64,000 nt of DNA, taken from Octopus vulgaris (lineage: Eukaryota). The notes beneath the pieces are model-generated. The model made no database searches and had not been told where the DNA came from. It worked only from the letters and a program-made list of their open reading frames with translations. The stretch is taken from positions 1,364,001 to 1,428,000 of the forward strand of contig OX597836.1 in the NCBI GenBank assembly GCA_951406725.2, in the 5' to 3' direction. Below, one piece after another: positions 1-14,475 of the stretch. Positions within the stretch are counted from its first letter, which is position 1, and each line of letters begins with the position of its first letter. The position numbers and the translations under genes are program-made.

Positions 1-181
1 GTGTATGTGTATATGTATGTATATGTATGTATGTATAAAACTGTTTTAATGTTTTTAAAGCCAAAATCATGCAAATTAGCAAATTATGACAAAATTAATA
101 ATACAGATCGGTGGTTTTAAAAATGAATATTTAAAACATCTATATGTAAGGCAATGGTTCATGGAACCATTACATTACTCA

Positions 182-233
<52 letters not shown>

Positions 234-249
234 TACGTCTATATGTATT

Positions 250-294
<45 letters not shown>

Positions 295-335
295 GTATAT
301 ATAGATATGTGTATGTATATGTGTGTGCATGTATA
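1..335. repeat. Compound (AT)n/(ATGT)n microsatellites
   Basis: Directly visible AT and ATGT runs; similar tracts recur every 1-2 kb across the window. Confidence 0.9.
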
Positions 336-861
336 GATAGATAAAGAGATAGATAAAGGATTCAGTTTTTTTTCTTTTCTTTTTATATTACTGTGAACTC
401 GATTAAAATTAACTGAAGAAGTTACTCAGATATACTCAGCCAAATGAGATGAGCTTCGAATCTGAGTCTGTTGAGCACCTACTCCCGAGTTTCTGTTTCT
501 CGATTCGCAGCTACCTACACAAACATATATGTAGAGGAGCGGGGGAGAAAAAGAGGAAGAGTTTTATAAAGAAATATATAACTGTACAAATAAATAAATA
601 AATAAGGAGACGGATATATATACTGGGAGAGAAGTTGGTGTATGTTTGTAAGCGTGTGACAACTTGTTTACAATTCGTGAAATATGCAATGCTCCATTAC
701 GTCTCAAATGAGGCGTATCCGGCAGAATCAATTATTACTGTTCTCCACCCATCATTAAGTGTATTGCCTACTCTTCCAGCCACTCTGCGTTTTGGCACCC
801 ACACAACAAAACAACGAAACTGATAAACGCTCCAGTACGGAACTCGATGCACATAGCGCGA

Positions 862-936
862 CCGTCACCACCACCACCACCACCACCACCACCACCAGCT
901 ATTACCATCATCAGCTTCAGCACTACCACCACTAAC

Positions 937-996
<60 letters not shown>

Positions 997-1098
997 GCTA
1001 CTACTATTGACACTATTGACACCAACTAGGCCATGCTGACAACCACCACCACTATCACTACCACCACCAATTACACCACCGCCAACGCCACCATTAAC
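862..1098. repeat. Compound trinucleotide repeat (CCA)n/(CTA)n
   Basis: Visible runs; they explain the poly-P/T/V/S ORFs at 768-1215. Confidence 0.95.
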
Positions 1099-1779
1099 AA
1101 CGTGCCAATCTGATCTCGACTGAGTGGAACTAAAACCATTCGTCAATAACAAAAAAAAAAAGCAAAAAATAAAACGAGAAAAGCAAAAACAAACAAAAGA
1201 TAGCCTCAAAAGCATTCATAATTATCAGTGAGTCGTTGTATTCGCTACATTAAATTTGGCCGCTTATATATTTTATCGAAATTAACGAGATTACGTCGTC
1301 TGCCATTTTCTGTTGTTTTGTTTTTCTGTATTTTGTGTCGCCTCCTGTTTAGAATTTACTTAAATAATTTCTGTAAATCTTAATGTAAGATACTTAACGT
1401 TTATAATTAAATCCGTTTGGTGTTTTTATTTGTCGCTAGAAATACGGCAAACAAAAGTGCATTGAATCCCATCTTAAGATTTTAAAGAAAATACGGGATG
1501 GTTACGTTTGGAATATCCTTGTCCATGAATGTTTTGAATGAAGGCTAAACAAGAACGAGAGAAATATGAATAAATTCACTCAGGATTGGATCGAATTAAG
1601 GGGAGGGGGAAAAGAATGTTGTTTCTCTTTGTTTTTGTTAACAGGATGTAGAGAGAACCCTTGATCACTCACTCACACCCATATATACTCACTCGGTAAA
1701 GACCTAGAAGCGAAACGCTCTGCATATTCCAAAACTGTTATGCATAAAGTGTTACCCGTCAACTACAAAACGAGACAAT

Positions 1780-1990
1780 ATTTCTTCCAAATTTGGAACA
1801 AGACTAGCAATTTTGTGTGGGGTGGGGACGTAAGTTGATTAAATCGACCATAGGGCATAACAGGTACTCATTTTGTCGCCCCCGAAATGATGAAAGATAG
1901 AGTCAAACTCATAGGAATTTGAATTCAGGATGTAAAGGCGGACGAAATATTACGAGGCATTTTGCTCGGCATGCCAAAGATTCTGACAAA
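1780..1990 (-). mobile_element. Diverged tRNA-derived SINE, family A
   Basis: cccgaaatgatgaaagatagagtc...ggaatttgaattcagg aligns by eye with the younger copies at 57527 and 58618. Confidence 0.75.
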
Positions 1991-2270
1991 TCATCATTTG
2001 AAAGGAATAATAGAAATATTGCCACTTTTAAATAAAACCTTTGACTCAATAGCACTGAATACAAAACTCTATACTTGGAATGACCAATTTTAAGTGCTAT
2101 TGAATTTTACTCACAAGGTATTCGAATCTTATCTGTATAGCATTCTGCCAAAATAATGGCTCTACAAAGGCAATATCCCCGCGTATCTCACATCTGTTTT
2201 CATTCCTCCACTTCACTCTCTATTTCATATCTTATCTAAATTAACTGTTGCTTAACCATTTTCTCACACC

Positions 2271-2318
2271 GTCTTTGGTGAAGGGATATAATAAATATCC
2301 TGGAAACAGCTGTAAGAC
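2271..2318 (+). ncRNA. Degenerate type I hammerhead ribozyme motif
   Basis: gtct-TTGGTGA-agggatat aataa atatcctg-GAAAC-agct-GTA-agac. Stems I, II and III are recognisable; the CUGAUGA core has two substitutions. Confidence 0.55.
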
Positions 2319-2799
2319 CTTCTATCTATAAATGTTCTAATATCTACACAGACTTGTTTTTTTTATCTCATTCGGAAAAATATATATATATATATGTATG
2401 TATGTATGTATATGTGTGTGTTTGTATATATATATATATATATAAATATATATATACACATATATATATATATATATACATGTATACATATACGTGCGTG
2501 TGTGTATGTATGTAGGCATGTATAATTATGTATGTATGTGTCTTTTCTGTATTTAATTATTTAAATTGTTCCTCAGTAGAAGGAGCTGGTTTCTAACAAA
2601 GATACAAAGACCGATCATCGGAATGTAGTTAATGAAACCAATGTCACATTCGAAACCCGAGAAAATTCCTGCGTATTTTTACCATTCCACTTTCAGATTG
2701 TAATTGTAATGCGCGGATCAAATGTTTGTTTTATTTTTCTGAAAATCCAAGCTTATCCAAACTAACATTTATGCATTTACTTACAAAACCAAGTGGCCC

Positions 2800-2830
2800 G
2801 TGTGTGTATGTATGTATGTATGTATGTATG

Positions 2831-2864
<34 letters not shown>

Positions 2865-2866
2865 TG

Positions 2867-2900
<34 letters not shown>

Positions 2901-3025
2901 TGTATGTATGTATGTATGTATGTATGTATGTGGGTGTGTGTATGTAAGTGTTTGTCTGTATCTGTGTTTGTGTATGTATGTGTGTGTATGTATGTATCTA
3001 TGTATGTATGAATGTATGTATGTGT
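2800..3025. repeat. (ATGT)n microsatellite
   Basis: Visible tetranucleotide run. Confidence 0.95.
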
Positions 3026-3213
3026 AAAGTGCCTACCTGTAAGAGCCGTCTCGTTTGTAAAAGAATTTTGTCAAACGTTCGCTTTAAACTCTACTTTGAT
3101 CAAGATGAAGATATCAGAGATAAAGGAATTATGAAAACATATTTGAAAGATTCACACCCCGAAGGGCAAATGATCTCGTTTGACATTGTAACGAATAATA
3201 ACTATATGCGTTT

Positions 3214-3322
<109 letters not shown>

Positions 3323-3559
3323 GGTGCGTAGACATGTACGAATTTAGTTTTCGTATAGAAGTGGGTCGTTTGTGTTTAGTAGTTGATGATAAGGTAAGAG
3401 GGACGATTTCTGAGTATCAAGTTGGAGAAAGATAAGACAGAGAACCGTTAGAGATGTCAGCGGTTTACAGAATTTACGACAGCGTTTAGGAAGATATCTG
3501 CATAGCTTTGCGTAACATATACGTATGCATACATTACATATAGATACATATACCCCCAC

Positions 3560-3593
<34 letters not shown>

Positions 3594-3729
3594 ATCAGTA
3601 ATGTGAGAAGCTTCTGTACTTGAAGGCACTAAAGATACTTAAAATACAGGACTCAACGTTGCCTGATGATAGAAAATAATTTATTATTCAGAGTGACTGT
3701 TTCTTCGCAAAGACATACCGATGAAGATG

Positions 3730-3799
<70 letters not shown>

Positions 3800-4211
3800 G
3801 TGTGTATATAATATATATACATACAAACATATAATTATATGTATATAAATATACATACGTTTCTATGTATATAGTCATAGAGGTGACGTTCGCTTTATAA
3901 TGATTTCCTCGTGTGTTAGTATATAAGTTTATTGCTTTTAGAAATTTTATTGTTTCAAACTTGCCGCAAACGTTTCATCCGAAATTATGCAAAACAGAAT
4001 ATTAAAGAAATATAAACGGAATTTGATGAAGAAGAAAGAAAAGAAGAAAAAACCAGAATTATCCAATTCAACATCTAAATATATTAAATCTACCGAGAGT
4101 CTGCTGTCAGGTGTCCTGATGTTAATGAGGCGCAACATCGGAAGATGATCGGTAACACACGCGCGCGCACACACACACATACACACACATGCACACATGT
4201 ACATGCATAAG

Positions 4212-4247
<36 letters not shown>

Positions 4248-4267
4248 TACTATCACCTATATATGTG

Positions 4268-4320
<53 letters not shown>

Positions 4321-5010
4321 TATAGGTGAGAGTACTTATGTGTGTATATATAAGTAAAGAAATATATATATTTGTGTCCTTTTGTGCATCCTTATTTTTC
4401 GTTTCCTCCTGTGTTTATATTCTCTACTTTGAGAAGGAGAGCAGAGTTCGTCGTTGTTCCTTTTTTTGTCTGCATTGTATCTTTGTCGAATTTCTCTTTT
4501 CTGCTCTTCTTTGTCATCTCAAGTGACACACTGCAACCATATATATGAGGGTTGATTATTATCTTCAATAGCCATCTGTTTGTATGTCGCGGGCTCAGTC
4601 AACAACCCACACCTATTCATCTCTATCTTCGACTCTTTCTAGCAAATGCATGCATTTTTTTTATCTTGTTGTCTTTGCAATGCTCTCAATTAAATTGTTT
4701 CTGTCATATTTTTAGTTATTTTCGGAGAATGTTTCAGTAAACAACAAGTTTTGGATAGCAGTCGCACTTAACACAGACTTAAAAAATCGAAGTGATTTGC
4801 GGTTCCAGCATTTTTTTTGTTTTCGAAGTTTCGATCTTTCCAATTGGATCCAACGCATATTTCGTTTTTCTGTTCCATTACTTTGTAGTTTTCTTATTCA
4901 ACTCCAGTTTTAGGACCTCTCCACCGTTTTGGTACCTGCTTTTAAGAGTTCAGCATTTGCACACCTCTGTTGTTTCATGAAATATCACACATTGAAGCAA
5001 TATTAACATA

Positions 5011-5406
5011 GGCGCAGGAGTGGCTGTGTGGTAAGTAGCTTGCTAACCAACCACATGGTTCCGGGTTCAGTCCCACTGCGTGGCATCTTGGGCAAGTGTC
5101 TTCTGCTATAGCCCCGGGCCGACCAATGCCTTGTGAGTGGATTTGGTGGACGTATATATGTATATATATATGTGTGTGTGTGTGTGTGTTTGTGTGTCTG
5201 TGTTTGTCCCCCTAGCATCGCTTGACAACCGATGCTGGTGTGTTTACGTCCCCGTAACTTAGCGGTTCGGCAAAAGAGACCGATAGAATAAGTACTGGGC
5301 TTACAAAGAATAAGTCCCGGGATCGATTTGCTCGACAAAAGGCGGTGCTCCAGCATGGCCGCAGTCAGATGACTGAAACAAGTAAAAGAGTAAAAGAGAA
5401 AGAGTA
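5011..5406 (+). mobile_element. tRNA-derived SINE, family B (CORE-like, octopus OR-type)
   Basis: A-box-like tggctgtgtggt, B-box ggttcagtccc, CORE-like cttgggcaagtg, internal (TA)/(TG) tract and (gtaaaaga)n tail. Near-identical to 27468-27851 except for a short internal deletion. Confidence 0.9.
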
Positions 5407-5674
5407 TAGTTTATTTATTTATTGATGGATGTTTCCAGTCGTGTTTTGCTTTTAAATTTCCTCTTTTCTCTCACTTCATTGTCTAATAATACATTCAAAA
5501 TATCACGTGACGTAAATAATCTGACAATTTGATTATTAATCATTATAGGATTATATTGATGTGTTCCTGCGGTAAGCATAAATCCAGTTTTGTGTAAATT
5601 CATAAACGTATTATATTATTTCCTTTTCTTTCGCTTTTTGCATAGGTCTACCCAATTCTAAGTTACCTGTTAGA

Positions 5675-5845
5675 ATTCAGCATCAATATATCTGAGATTC
5701 TTGACCATTATTTCACGGATTTTACTCTACGTCCAACCTCTTCTAGAGCTTTCTTCGTATTAATTTTTGCATACATGTTGAATAGAAGAGAGCAGCTCTA
5801 CCCTTGCTCTTCACCCGCCTCGAATTTAAATTACTGTGTGAATCT
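5675..5845 (-). mobile_element. RTE-clade LINE reverse transcriptase remnant
   Basis: Minus strand reads QG*SCSLLFNMYAKINTKKALEEVGRRVK and, after a frameshift, MVKNLRYID. This matches RTE QGCxLSPLLFNIY...INNLRYADD. Confidence 0.7.
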
Positions 5846-7510
5846 TATTATTTTTGACATATTTCTGACAATAAATTGATATTAATAATTCTATAAATTA
5901 TTGGAAGAATTCCTATTTGTTCCTTCACTTTTAAGAATCTGTCTTCAATAACTGCATGAAAAACTTCTCGAGAGTCTAACTTACCATCAATGGTTTCTAG
6001 TTGTTTTAATAGATATCTTAAGATTAACAATAGTTTCCTTGTTTGTTTTTAGGATTTTAGAACTCACATGTTCTGATATTCCCATTTCTTATTCCTTATT
6101 ATATTCTTCTAAAGAAGGTGATTTTTCAGCGGAATTGTTCTGTATTTGCTGCTTCGCATTCTTTCGTTTTTTTCGCAATGCAATGAAAATTGATTTCAAC
6201 AATCCTACCAACTTAAATTTTAGTTCCATACTTTTCTGTACAGACAGTGTAATAAATTCAGCAGGGCTTCATCCTCAGTTCACCAAGATCAGCTGCAATG
6301 TCATCTGTTCTTGGACTTTTGTTCTTTTTCAAACTTTTTTTTTTTTGTTTTTTTTTTCCATTTTTATGTTGGATATTTATGGTGAAGAATCTCTTTCCGC
6401 AACACAATTTTTAACTTTGATCATTTCGATGACGTTCTCTTTGATTACAATCAGTCGTTATCTTGTAGAAGAAGTACGAGTAGTATTATTTCGATCTTTT
6501 CTCATTATTTTTGCCTTCATAATGCCTATTACCGTCTTTGTATTTGCTAACATTATTTGATGCGAAGATTCTTATTATTAGCTTCATTGCTTCCTAAAGA
6601 CTTTTATCACTGTTTATTATTGTATTTTTCCATCACAAATTTTGTTGACGTTTTTCGGTTTCTTCTTCATCATAGATTGAATTTCATGACTCAGCTGCTG
6701 TTATCATTCGGTCGATTCAAATGATGTCATACTTCTGCTTTTTACACCTACTTTCTTCAATATTATCGAATGTCTCGCTTGTTTTCCACTTCACTCATCC
6801 ATTCTCATTTTCTTTCTTCTTCCAAGTAAAAAACGAAAAGAAAAGAAGCGAATAATTTTCATTCTTTTCTTCTTTTTAGCTCCATCACATACATCTACTA
6901 CGTGGCTTTACATTGGGCAAAGATGTGGAAATTAGATTTTATTTCAACGTTATATTCATTTGAAATATTTAGAATAACTTATCTTGATATTTTAGTCTTT
7001 CTGTTTCTAGTCAGAAGCACATTATATTCTCTTGCAAAAAAAGTAGCAAATAAATTAATGCAGCCGACAACCCCTGGATATGCTCGAATTTTTTTCACAC
7101 TCTTCCGGTCGCAGTCCGTTCAGATGAGTTCCAAGTACAACGTCATCTATAGAGTTGCTTAAACCACGTTATTAAAAGAACAAAGACAATTTGGTTCACA
7201 GACTCCGACTAAACGCTCTCCTTGGTAATTTTATAATGGCTTAGAGAGCAATTGCCCAGAGCTATCAATTTCGTGGTTGATTTTCCTACGTTAGAATTTG
7301 CATATCCAATCGGAAAGGAAGATATTTTGGTAGCAATTGATCGGTTGCAGGCCTTAAATATGTTCTCAGTATTTCTCTGGCAAATAATTCTTTATCGCTC
7401 TATCTTGTCATTCAGTTGATGCACTGATAAGGGAACGAACTTGCACATTGGATGGAATTATTTTGTACGTGAGTTTTTACTGTGATGTAGATGTATGTAG
7501 ATATTATTTC

Positions 7511-7575
<65 letters not shown>

Positions 7576-7821
7576 TAATATCTAACCAAACTTCAAAGCT
7601 TACTCCAAAGTTTGTTTCCCTCATATATCCGAAAAAGAACTATACTCTAAACCATAGAGCAGTAATGTGTTTATTTGCAGTGAAGTATTTTGTTCGTTTC
7701 TTGTGTTTTTGATTTTTTGTTTTCATTTCTCATTTTGCTCACGTTTTTTTCACGTCCTGTACCCATATATGCATGTATATATACATATATACGTAGGGAT
7801 GTATATATATGTATGTATATA

Positions 7822-7871
<50 letters not shown>

Positions 7872-8582
7872 CATATATATATATATGTATATATATATAT
7901 ATCAGTGTGTGTGTGTCTATACTCACCTATCTATCTGTATGTATATACATACATACATGTATATATATGTATGTATATATATATATGCATATATATAAAT
8001 GTATGTATATGTATATATATAGATAGGTATATATACATATATATAGAGAGAGAGATACATACATTCAAACACACACACACACATATATATATATGATTGC
8101 ACCCATGCATGTCTGCCATTTAACATTGAATGTTACTTACAGCCCTTAACGTTTGCGATATGAAATTGCATGCAAAGAAACTGGAATCTGTTTGCATGTA
8201 AAACACTGACCTAGATGCATTTCTATGCAAGTTTAAGAAAATACATTTTACTCGCAACTTATCACTCGCAGATATATATTTTCTCCTATAATGAATGTTC
8301 ATAGCTGCTTATCTTTTATTTAGAATGAAAAAAACTAACCAAACTAATATGTAAATAGAATGAGAAACTGGTGTGTATATGTTTTAAAAGAAATCGAAAA
8401 AGATAAAATGCAACAAAAGTAAAAATTATATTTATTTTTTTCATTTGGAAATGCATAAAACAACCAAAATCTATTTCATAAACATGAAACAGAAATCAGA
8501 TAATTTTCCGTTTTTTTCCTTAAAAATTTTGTTTCTCCATTTCGTGTAAGAAAAATTATAATTCAGCCTAGAATTTATATTG

Positions 8583-8655
<73 letters not shown>

Positions 8656-8743
8656 TTATATATAATTACACCTTAATGCATAAACATATATAAATACACA
8701 CACATACATAAACATATATAAATACACTTATGAATACACAAGT

Positions 8744-8795
<52 letters not shown>

Positions 8796-9353
8796 AACAT
8801 TTATATATGTTCATAAATATATAAATATATAACATCATTCGTACACACCTCTTACATGTACACAAATCTATATTCCAATGTAAGCATGTATAATTAAAAC
8901 TTCCAAATACAATCGCATCACCATTTCCAATGGAATAATTTCATTCCTTTTATTCTTGCTTCAATAAATTGTTTTTGATCTTCATGCTTTCTTGAATTTC
9001 GCTCTCCCTACAAAAGGCGCACATAAGCACATATCTGCAAACTCTCTCTTTTAGGCCCTCAAACGCATATATGAAGTACATCCGCACACGCTAGGGGGCG
9101 GCCGACCCTATTTATATGCTTGTACATATTTCATGCAAACCATAATACATTATAAAGGTGCGCTCCCACACTCAGGTCTAATTAACTACATATATATATG
9201 TGTGTGTGTGTGTGTTTGTGTGTGAGTGTCAGTGCAGATATATCATATATATATATATATAAACATATATATATATATATATATACATACATAAATACAT
9301 ACACACACACACACATATATATATATAGATATATATATAGATAGATACATATA

Positions 9354-9442
<89 letters not shown>

Positions 9443-10514
9443 TACCTGCTGAAATATCTATACTTAAAAAGCTATTAAACAGACAGAAGCGCAAACATGC
9501 AATATTTATCTTCATTATAATGGGAAATGCTTTGATGATACGTGTCAAAATGCATTATATTTCGACACACTTTCCCTCTGTATGTATGTACGTGTGTATG
9601 TATGTCTGTATATATCTATGTATATATGTAAACATTAAAACTTGCAATGAAAATGATGTTGTGAATGTTGACGCCATGTTTTACTTGTCTAATTGTGACT
9701 TCTGCTATTTGGAAAAAAACCCATCTAAAATGATTCTCAATAATTAACGGACTTATTTGAAGTGTTACGATTCGTGAAATAGTTCAGGTTACTGGAATAT
9801 ATAAATGTGATTCTTTGTATCCAAACACCAGTTCATACATCCATAGATATACACAGACGTGCATATACATATTTATATACCTACACATCTACCTATATCG
9901 CTACTTTACTGTCTACAAACATACTTATCTACCTATGTACATACGTACGTATGCACACACACAATATATAAACGATGTGTTTATTTATTTTGGTAGATTT
10001 GACTTTAAGAGACCCTCCTAGCGTGTGGCATTTATGTATAATAATGCCCTCTATATAATATAAATAAATATATTTAAGTGAAAAAATTGGTGAATTTTTT
10101 CTCTTATGAGGTTTTTCACGCTAACTACTTGATAAATTCTTATAGAGATGTTATCCTATTTTTAAATTGTAAATTAAACCGGAGTATATTCAGTACTGAA
10201 TTTTTATTCTGAATAAGCACGTTGTTACCGAAATGCAATTCGAAAAAGCCCGCCATTTACATAGATTTATATAGGGTGAAGATTTCTATATGCTGCGTTG
10301 GATACATTAGTTGTTCGTCTGGTATGTTGATTTTGTCCATTCGTTATAAATATCAAATTATGCTTGAACTGAAGATTAAAACCTGTAATACTGCACTAAT
10401 TATGAAATCACGGTGATTTGCAGCTAAATTCTGTTTTTAAGTGACTTGCTTCGAGAGTTGCGGTGTATATAGATACTCACTCAATGATCTTCGGATTACC
10501 ATATATGTGATCTG

Positions 10515-10650
10515 ATGTGGGACACTTCCTATTGTTTTCCTGTAGCCTATCCATGTTGTATCCAGGTCTTTGGTTCTGCTCTGACAATTCTCTAGATTCA
10601 TTCTATTTTACAAGCAGTTAGGCCTTCCACTCATCAGAATGTATTTCTAT
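10515..10650 (-). mobile_element. Dong/R4-like LINE RT remnant
   Basis: Minus strand reads RMNLENCQSRTKDLDTTWIGYRKTIGSVPH, matching R4/Dong KMILEDCKxRRRNLSMAWIDYKKAFDSVPH. Confidence 0.7.
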
Positions 10651-11746
10651 AGAGAAATTAGAGCCGGAACTGAAAGTTACGACGTTTCATATACGAATAC
10701 GTCTATGTAAACAATGTGGTCGATGATAGAAAAATAGGCGATGAGTGTTTATGCCTGTCTTTGGAGTTCTACACCTTCCTCAGCACCACATGGTAGCCAT
10801 TAACCAACCATGAACCATCAACAACTGCTGAAATATGGATATACACCCATCACCCATTTTTTCCGTCTTCAGTCGCATTGCTTACATAGACATATTCGTA
10901 TATGAAAGGTCTTAACGTTCTGTGCTGGCTCTAAATTTCCTTAGAAAATCTGTAGAGAAATATTGAAAAACTCTTTGATTCTCACTGCTAAAACAGCCTT
11001 GACTTAGAAGCCTCTAAGATAACTGGAAGTACGTTGTGCTTGCATAACAAAATACAATGTCCCAATGTTTACATGATTCTGTGGTGACAGCATGGGCTTT
11101 AAAATACCTATAGAGCAGGCTGTAGCAATCGATTGCAAAATATGACACAGACAAAAATGGCGGATATTGATTAATGGAAAAAGAGGTGTTTACCTAGAGT
11201 CAATAAGCATATATTGATATATATTGCTTTACTGTTTTATTACTAAAGGTTGATAGATACCAACCACCGTTAATTATGATTGCATAACGCGTAGAAAATC
11301 GATTATTAATGAAGTTGCTACAAAATGCCGGCCCAAATTTGATTCCGTGAACAAATTTCTTATACGAAAGTAAATAGAAAATATTGTCGTCCACATAACA
11401 TAGAAGCTGTCCAGGTTGAACGACCTTCATTACTCACTTTCATACGGCCGTTACTTCTAACCATACGGTCACCTCCCTTATATGTATGTGTGTATGTACG
11501 TATGTACGTACGTATGTATGTATGTATGTATGTATGTATGTATGTATGTATGTATGCATGCATGTATGTATGTATGTATGTATGCATGCATGTATTTATG
11601 TATGTATGTACGTATGTATGAAAATGTATGTGATTGTGCATATTTTAATTCATAAGCATGTGTATATATATATATATATATACATGTGTGTGTGTGTGTA
11701 TATGTATATATATACATATATATATGTATATATATGTATATATATG

Positions 11747-11803
<57 letters not shown>

Positions 11804-11808
<5 letters not shown>

Positions 11809-11927
11809 AGGGGGATCAGCCATCTGAATGTGGTTAGGGTCAGGCGGGGTGGTGGGGGTGTTACTGATGCATCCCCACTACCCCGCCCTGACCCTAGCCA
11901 CATTCAGATGGCTGATCCCCCTTATGT
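11804..11927. repeat. GC-rich long hairpin / palindromic MITE-like element
   Basis: Arms of about 57 bp (acataagggggatcagccatctgaatgtgg... / ...ccacattcagatggctgatcccccttatgt) with a short loop. TA dinucleotides at 11807-08 and 11923-24 could be a target-site duplication. Confidence 0.85.
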
Positions 11928-12168
11928 TATAGAGCAGTTACTGTTTATATCTCGCTCAGAGATTTATTATTATATATATACATATATACAGATAAATACA
12001 TAAGCATATAAATATGCGTATGTATTTACGTATATCCTTTTAAACGTCTATCAATCTGTCTGTTTGTCTATCTAGCTCTATATGGATATAAATTAGTTAT
12101 AGAAATTCAATAAAAGCTAGGCACATCAACACGTAGGTCGCTAGAAATGGGTAGGTACGATAGCGTAG

Positions 12169-12248
12169 TGTTCTCAGTGAGGTAAACAAGACAGGATACA
12201 GCATACACGAGTAACATTCTGCAAATCTACCGAAACAGCTGTTGTACA
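12169..12248 (+). ncRNA. Degenerate hammerhead-like motif
   Basis: tgttc-TCAGTGA-ggta...tacc-GAAAC-agct-GTT-gtaca. The 3' half is canonical; the 5' core is corrupted. Confidence 0.35.
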
Positions 12249-12769
12249 TTTTAAACGCCGTTTGTGTTTTCCTTTTTGTCTGTGTGAGTGTGTGTGTGCG
12301 TGTGTGTATGTGTGTGTGTGTATGGATATATGCATATTCCTATATATGCTTTGTACGTATGTGTGTGTGAATTTATGCATAGTAACAGTAACTTAGGCAA
12401 TGATATCCACCATGAAATGATAGAATTGAAGATTTGTGATACGGAAATTTGCATTCAATGTCAGACACAATGAAAAGAAAATCTGTAATTAATATAACAC
12501 AAGTTTCAAACGTTGACTGTCTAGTTTACTTCCTGAAACAATACCGCACATTGTCTCAGCTTGTCGGACATTACATCTTATGAAAAATTCTTTGAGACGC
12601 AAGAATGTAGCGACACCGCTCTACATAGACCAGGACATCCGGTTTCAACTCCTTAGTGGGAGAATTCTCTCTGTTGCTGACATGAACATAATTCTGTTTT
12701 CAGAAAATGACAGTGTGAAGTTGGGGATTATTATAATAACACAGAAAGATCAACAGGTCGCATATAATA

Positions 12770-12915
12770 AGGAGAGTTTACGAAAAAAAAAAAAATCAAA
12801 AGACGAAGACAAGTGGTGTACGAAATAAACAGATGTATTAGTATAACGCTCAGGAATAGAAAAAGTCTTTTACGTTTCGAGCCTACGTTCTTCTACAGAA
12901 ACGGACACAGAAAGA
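12770..12915 (-). repeat. Short dispersed repeat, possibly PLE-LTR-derived; second copy at 59215-59358 (+)
   Basis: Both copies share tttctgt..gaa..cgtaggctcga, ctaatac and tgtcttcgtcttttgat. Confidence 0.5.
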
Positions 12916-13149
12916 AACAAGGAGAGAAACAAGAAGAGAAAAAAAGGAGAGAAAAAAATAATCCTGACAATGAATAATCCATATAATAATCCTGACAATG
13001 AACAGCGAAAATGATGATAATGCACCAGTAATTGACAATTGTTTGTAATGGTTTGTAGAAGTGAGTTGAAAGGATAAGAAATTTAACGCTTCTTTTCATT
13101 TTCTGCATTTACACCGCTGCCATCGCTCCCACGAATCTGTGTACCGCAG

Positions 13150-13445
13150 CCATACTGTCTTCGGGATGTCCTAGTGGAATATTGAATAACCGTACGACTA
13201 AGATGAAGCATATTTCACGTAGTATTAAGATTATCTGTATTACAGCTTGGACGTTGGCTACTCCATGGATAACAACGCCTGCTGTGGCGATTTTAGACAC
13301 TTGCAGTTAAATACCTCCCATATGATCCGCTCTGTGGACGACTTATCTCAGCAGAGGGAGTGTACGAGGATGTTTGATTTGGTGCTGAGTTCCACGGTTA
13401 ACTTAAAACACTTAATGTTAAGCATACCGACGTGTCTACGCATCT
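13150..13445 (-). mobile_element. Possible RTE apurinic-endonuclease N-terminal remnant
   Basis: Weak motif similarity (GMLNIK; TASV*..ATAGVVIHGVA; ILVVRLFNIP) to the RTE endonuclease domain; heavily decayed. Confidence 0.3.
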
Positions 13446-14475
13446 GAGAGCTTTAGTTGTGTGTGCACGATGGCAAAGGGACGAAATGTTTGGCTCCGTG
13501 GTGTGATGGTGGGTATGTTTGTATATGTGGACGATCGTACGGATGTGGGTGGATGCGAATACTTCACGGGTAAGGATTACTCGTGCCTGAAAGTGTACTC
13601 GTATCCGGGACCTTATAGTGTGATTGTGTGCGTGTGAGTATTCACACACACACACACACACACACACGCCCGTGCCTGTACGCATAGAAACACACGTACT
13701 GACACATGCACAGACACAAACGCACACAATCAAATTCAACTAGATTTGTGTATCTCTCTCTCTCTCTCTTTATATCTTTATGGGTGTGCTTGTGTCTGTG
13801 CGTCTGTGTGCTTCTGTGTTACTGAATATTAATTAATTTGTCTAATCAAACTTTCTAATTTGCTAATATGACAAATTGTTTCAGTAGAAGACCAGGAAAA
13901 TCTCTTATCTTTCATGCAGCGTAGCTTCGCCATTATTTCCACTAATATCGTTTGATAAACGATATGCGATTGGCACAAGATAAGGGGTTACAGAATAAAC
14001 TAACTCCACTTCTTATGACCACACATAATAGCTATTCGGTTTTCACCCTGTTTGTGCATATCTCTGTACCTATGCAAGTATATATGCATCAGTGTATATG
14101 TATGTATGTATGCATCTATCTATCTATATTTATATATATATATAAACACACACATGCACACACACACATATGTATGTGCTCAATGTATTTTATCAGTGTT
14201 TCCACTTAGTTTATCACAAGTGTAATAGGTTAAACACTAGTTCGATTAATCATTGATTATGACTTGGCGTTGTGTCTGTCTAAAAATATATATACACGTA
14301 TATACACATATATAAGTATATATGCATATAAATATATGTGTGTGTGTGAGTGTATATATATATATATATACGCATATATTCATATATATATACGCATGTA
14401 TATGCATATATATATATATACATTTATGTATATATAACTGACGTATATATATATATCAATGTATATTATACGTGT

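Noticed and set aside
410-475. Further hammerhead-like strings (also near 15715-15775, 21372-21412, 28437-28495 and 35330-35375)
   Set aside because: Too many core or stem deviations to distinguish from chance.
5011-5085. tRNA gene (also the heads at 27468, 50267 and 57743)
   Set aside because: A and B boxes are present, but there is no full cloverleaf and each continues into a SINE body.
5848-6850. LINE ORF1-like remnants (similar hints near 33000, 38000-38400 and 55340)
   Set aside because: Only vague compositional similarity; no motif I can assign with confidence.
9088-9102. CTCF-like motif acgctagggggcggc
   Set aside because: A single short match with no supporting evidence; could be chance.
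11833-11840. Telomeric TTAGGG
   Set aside because: A single hexamer inside a hairpin arm, not an array.
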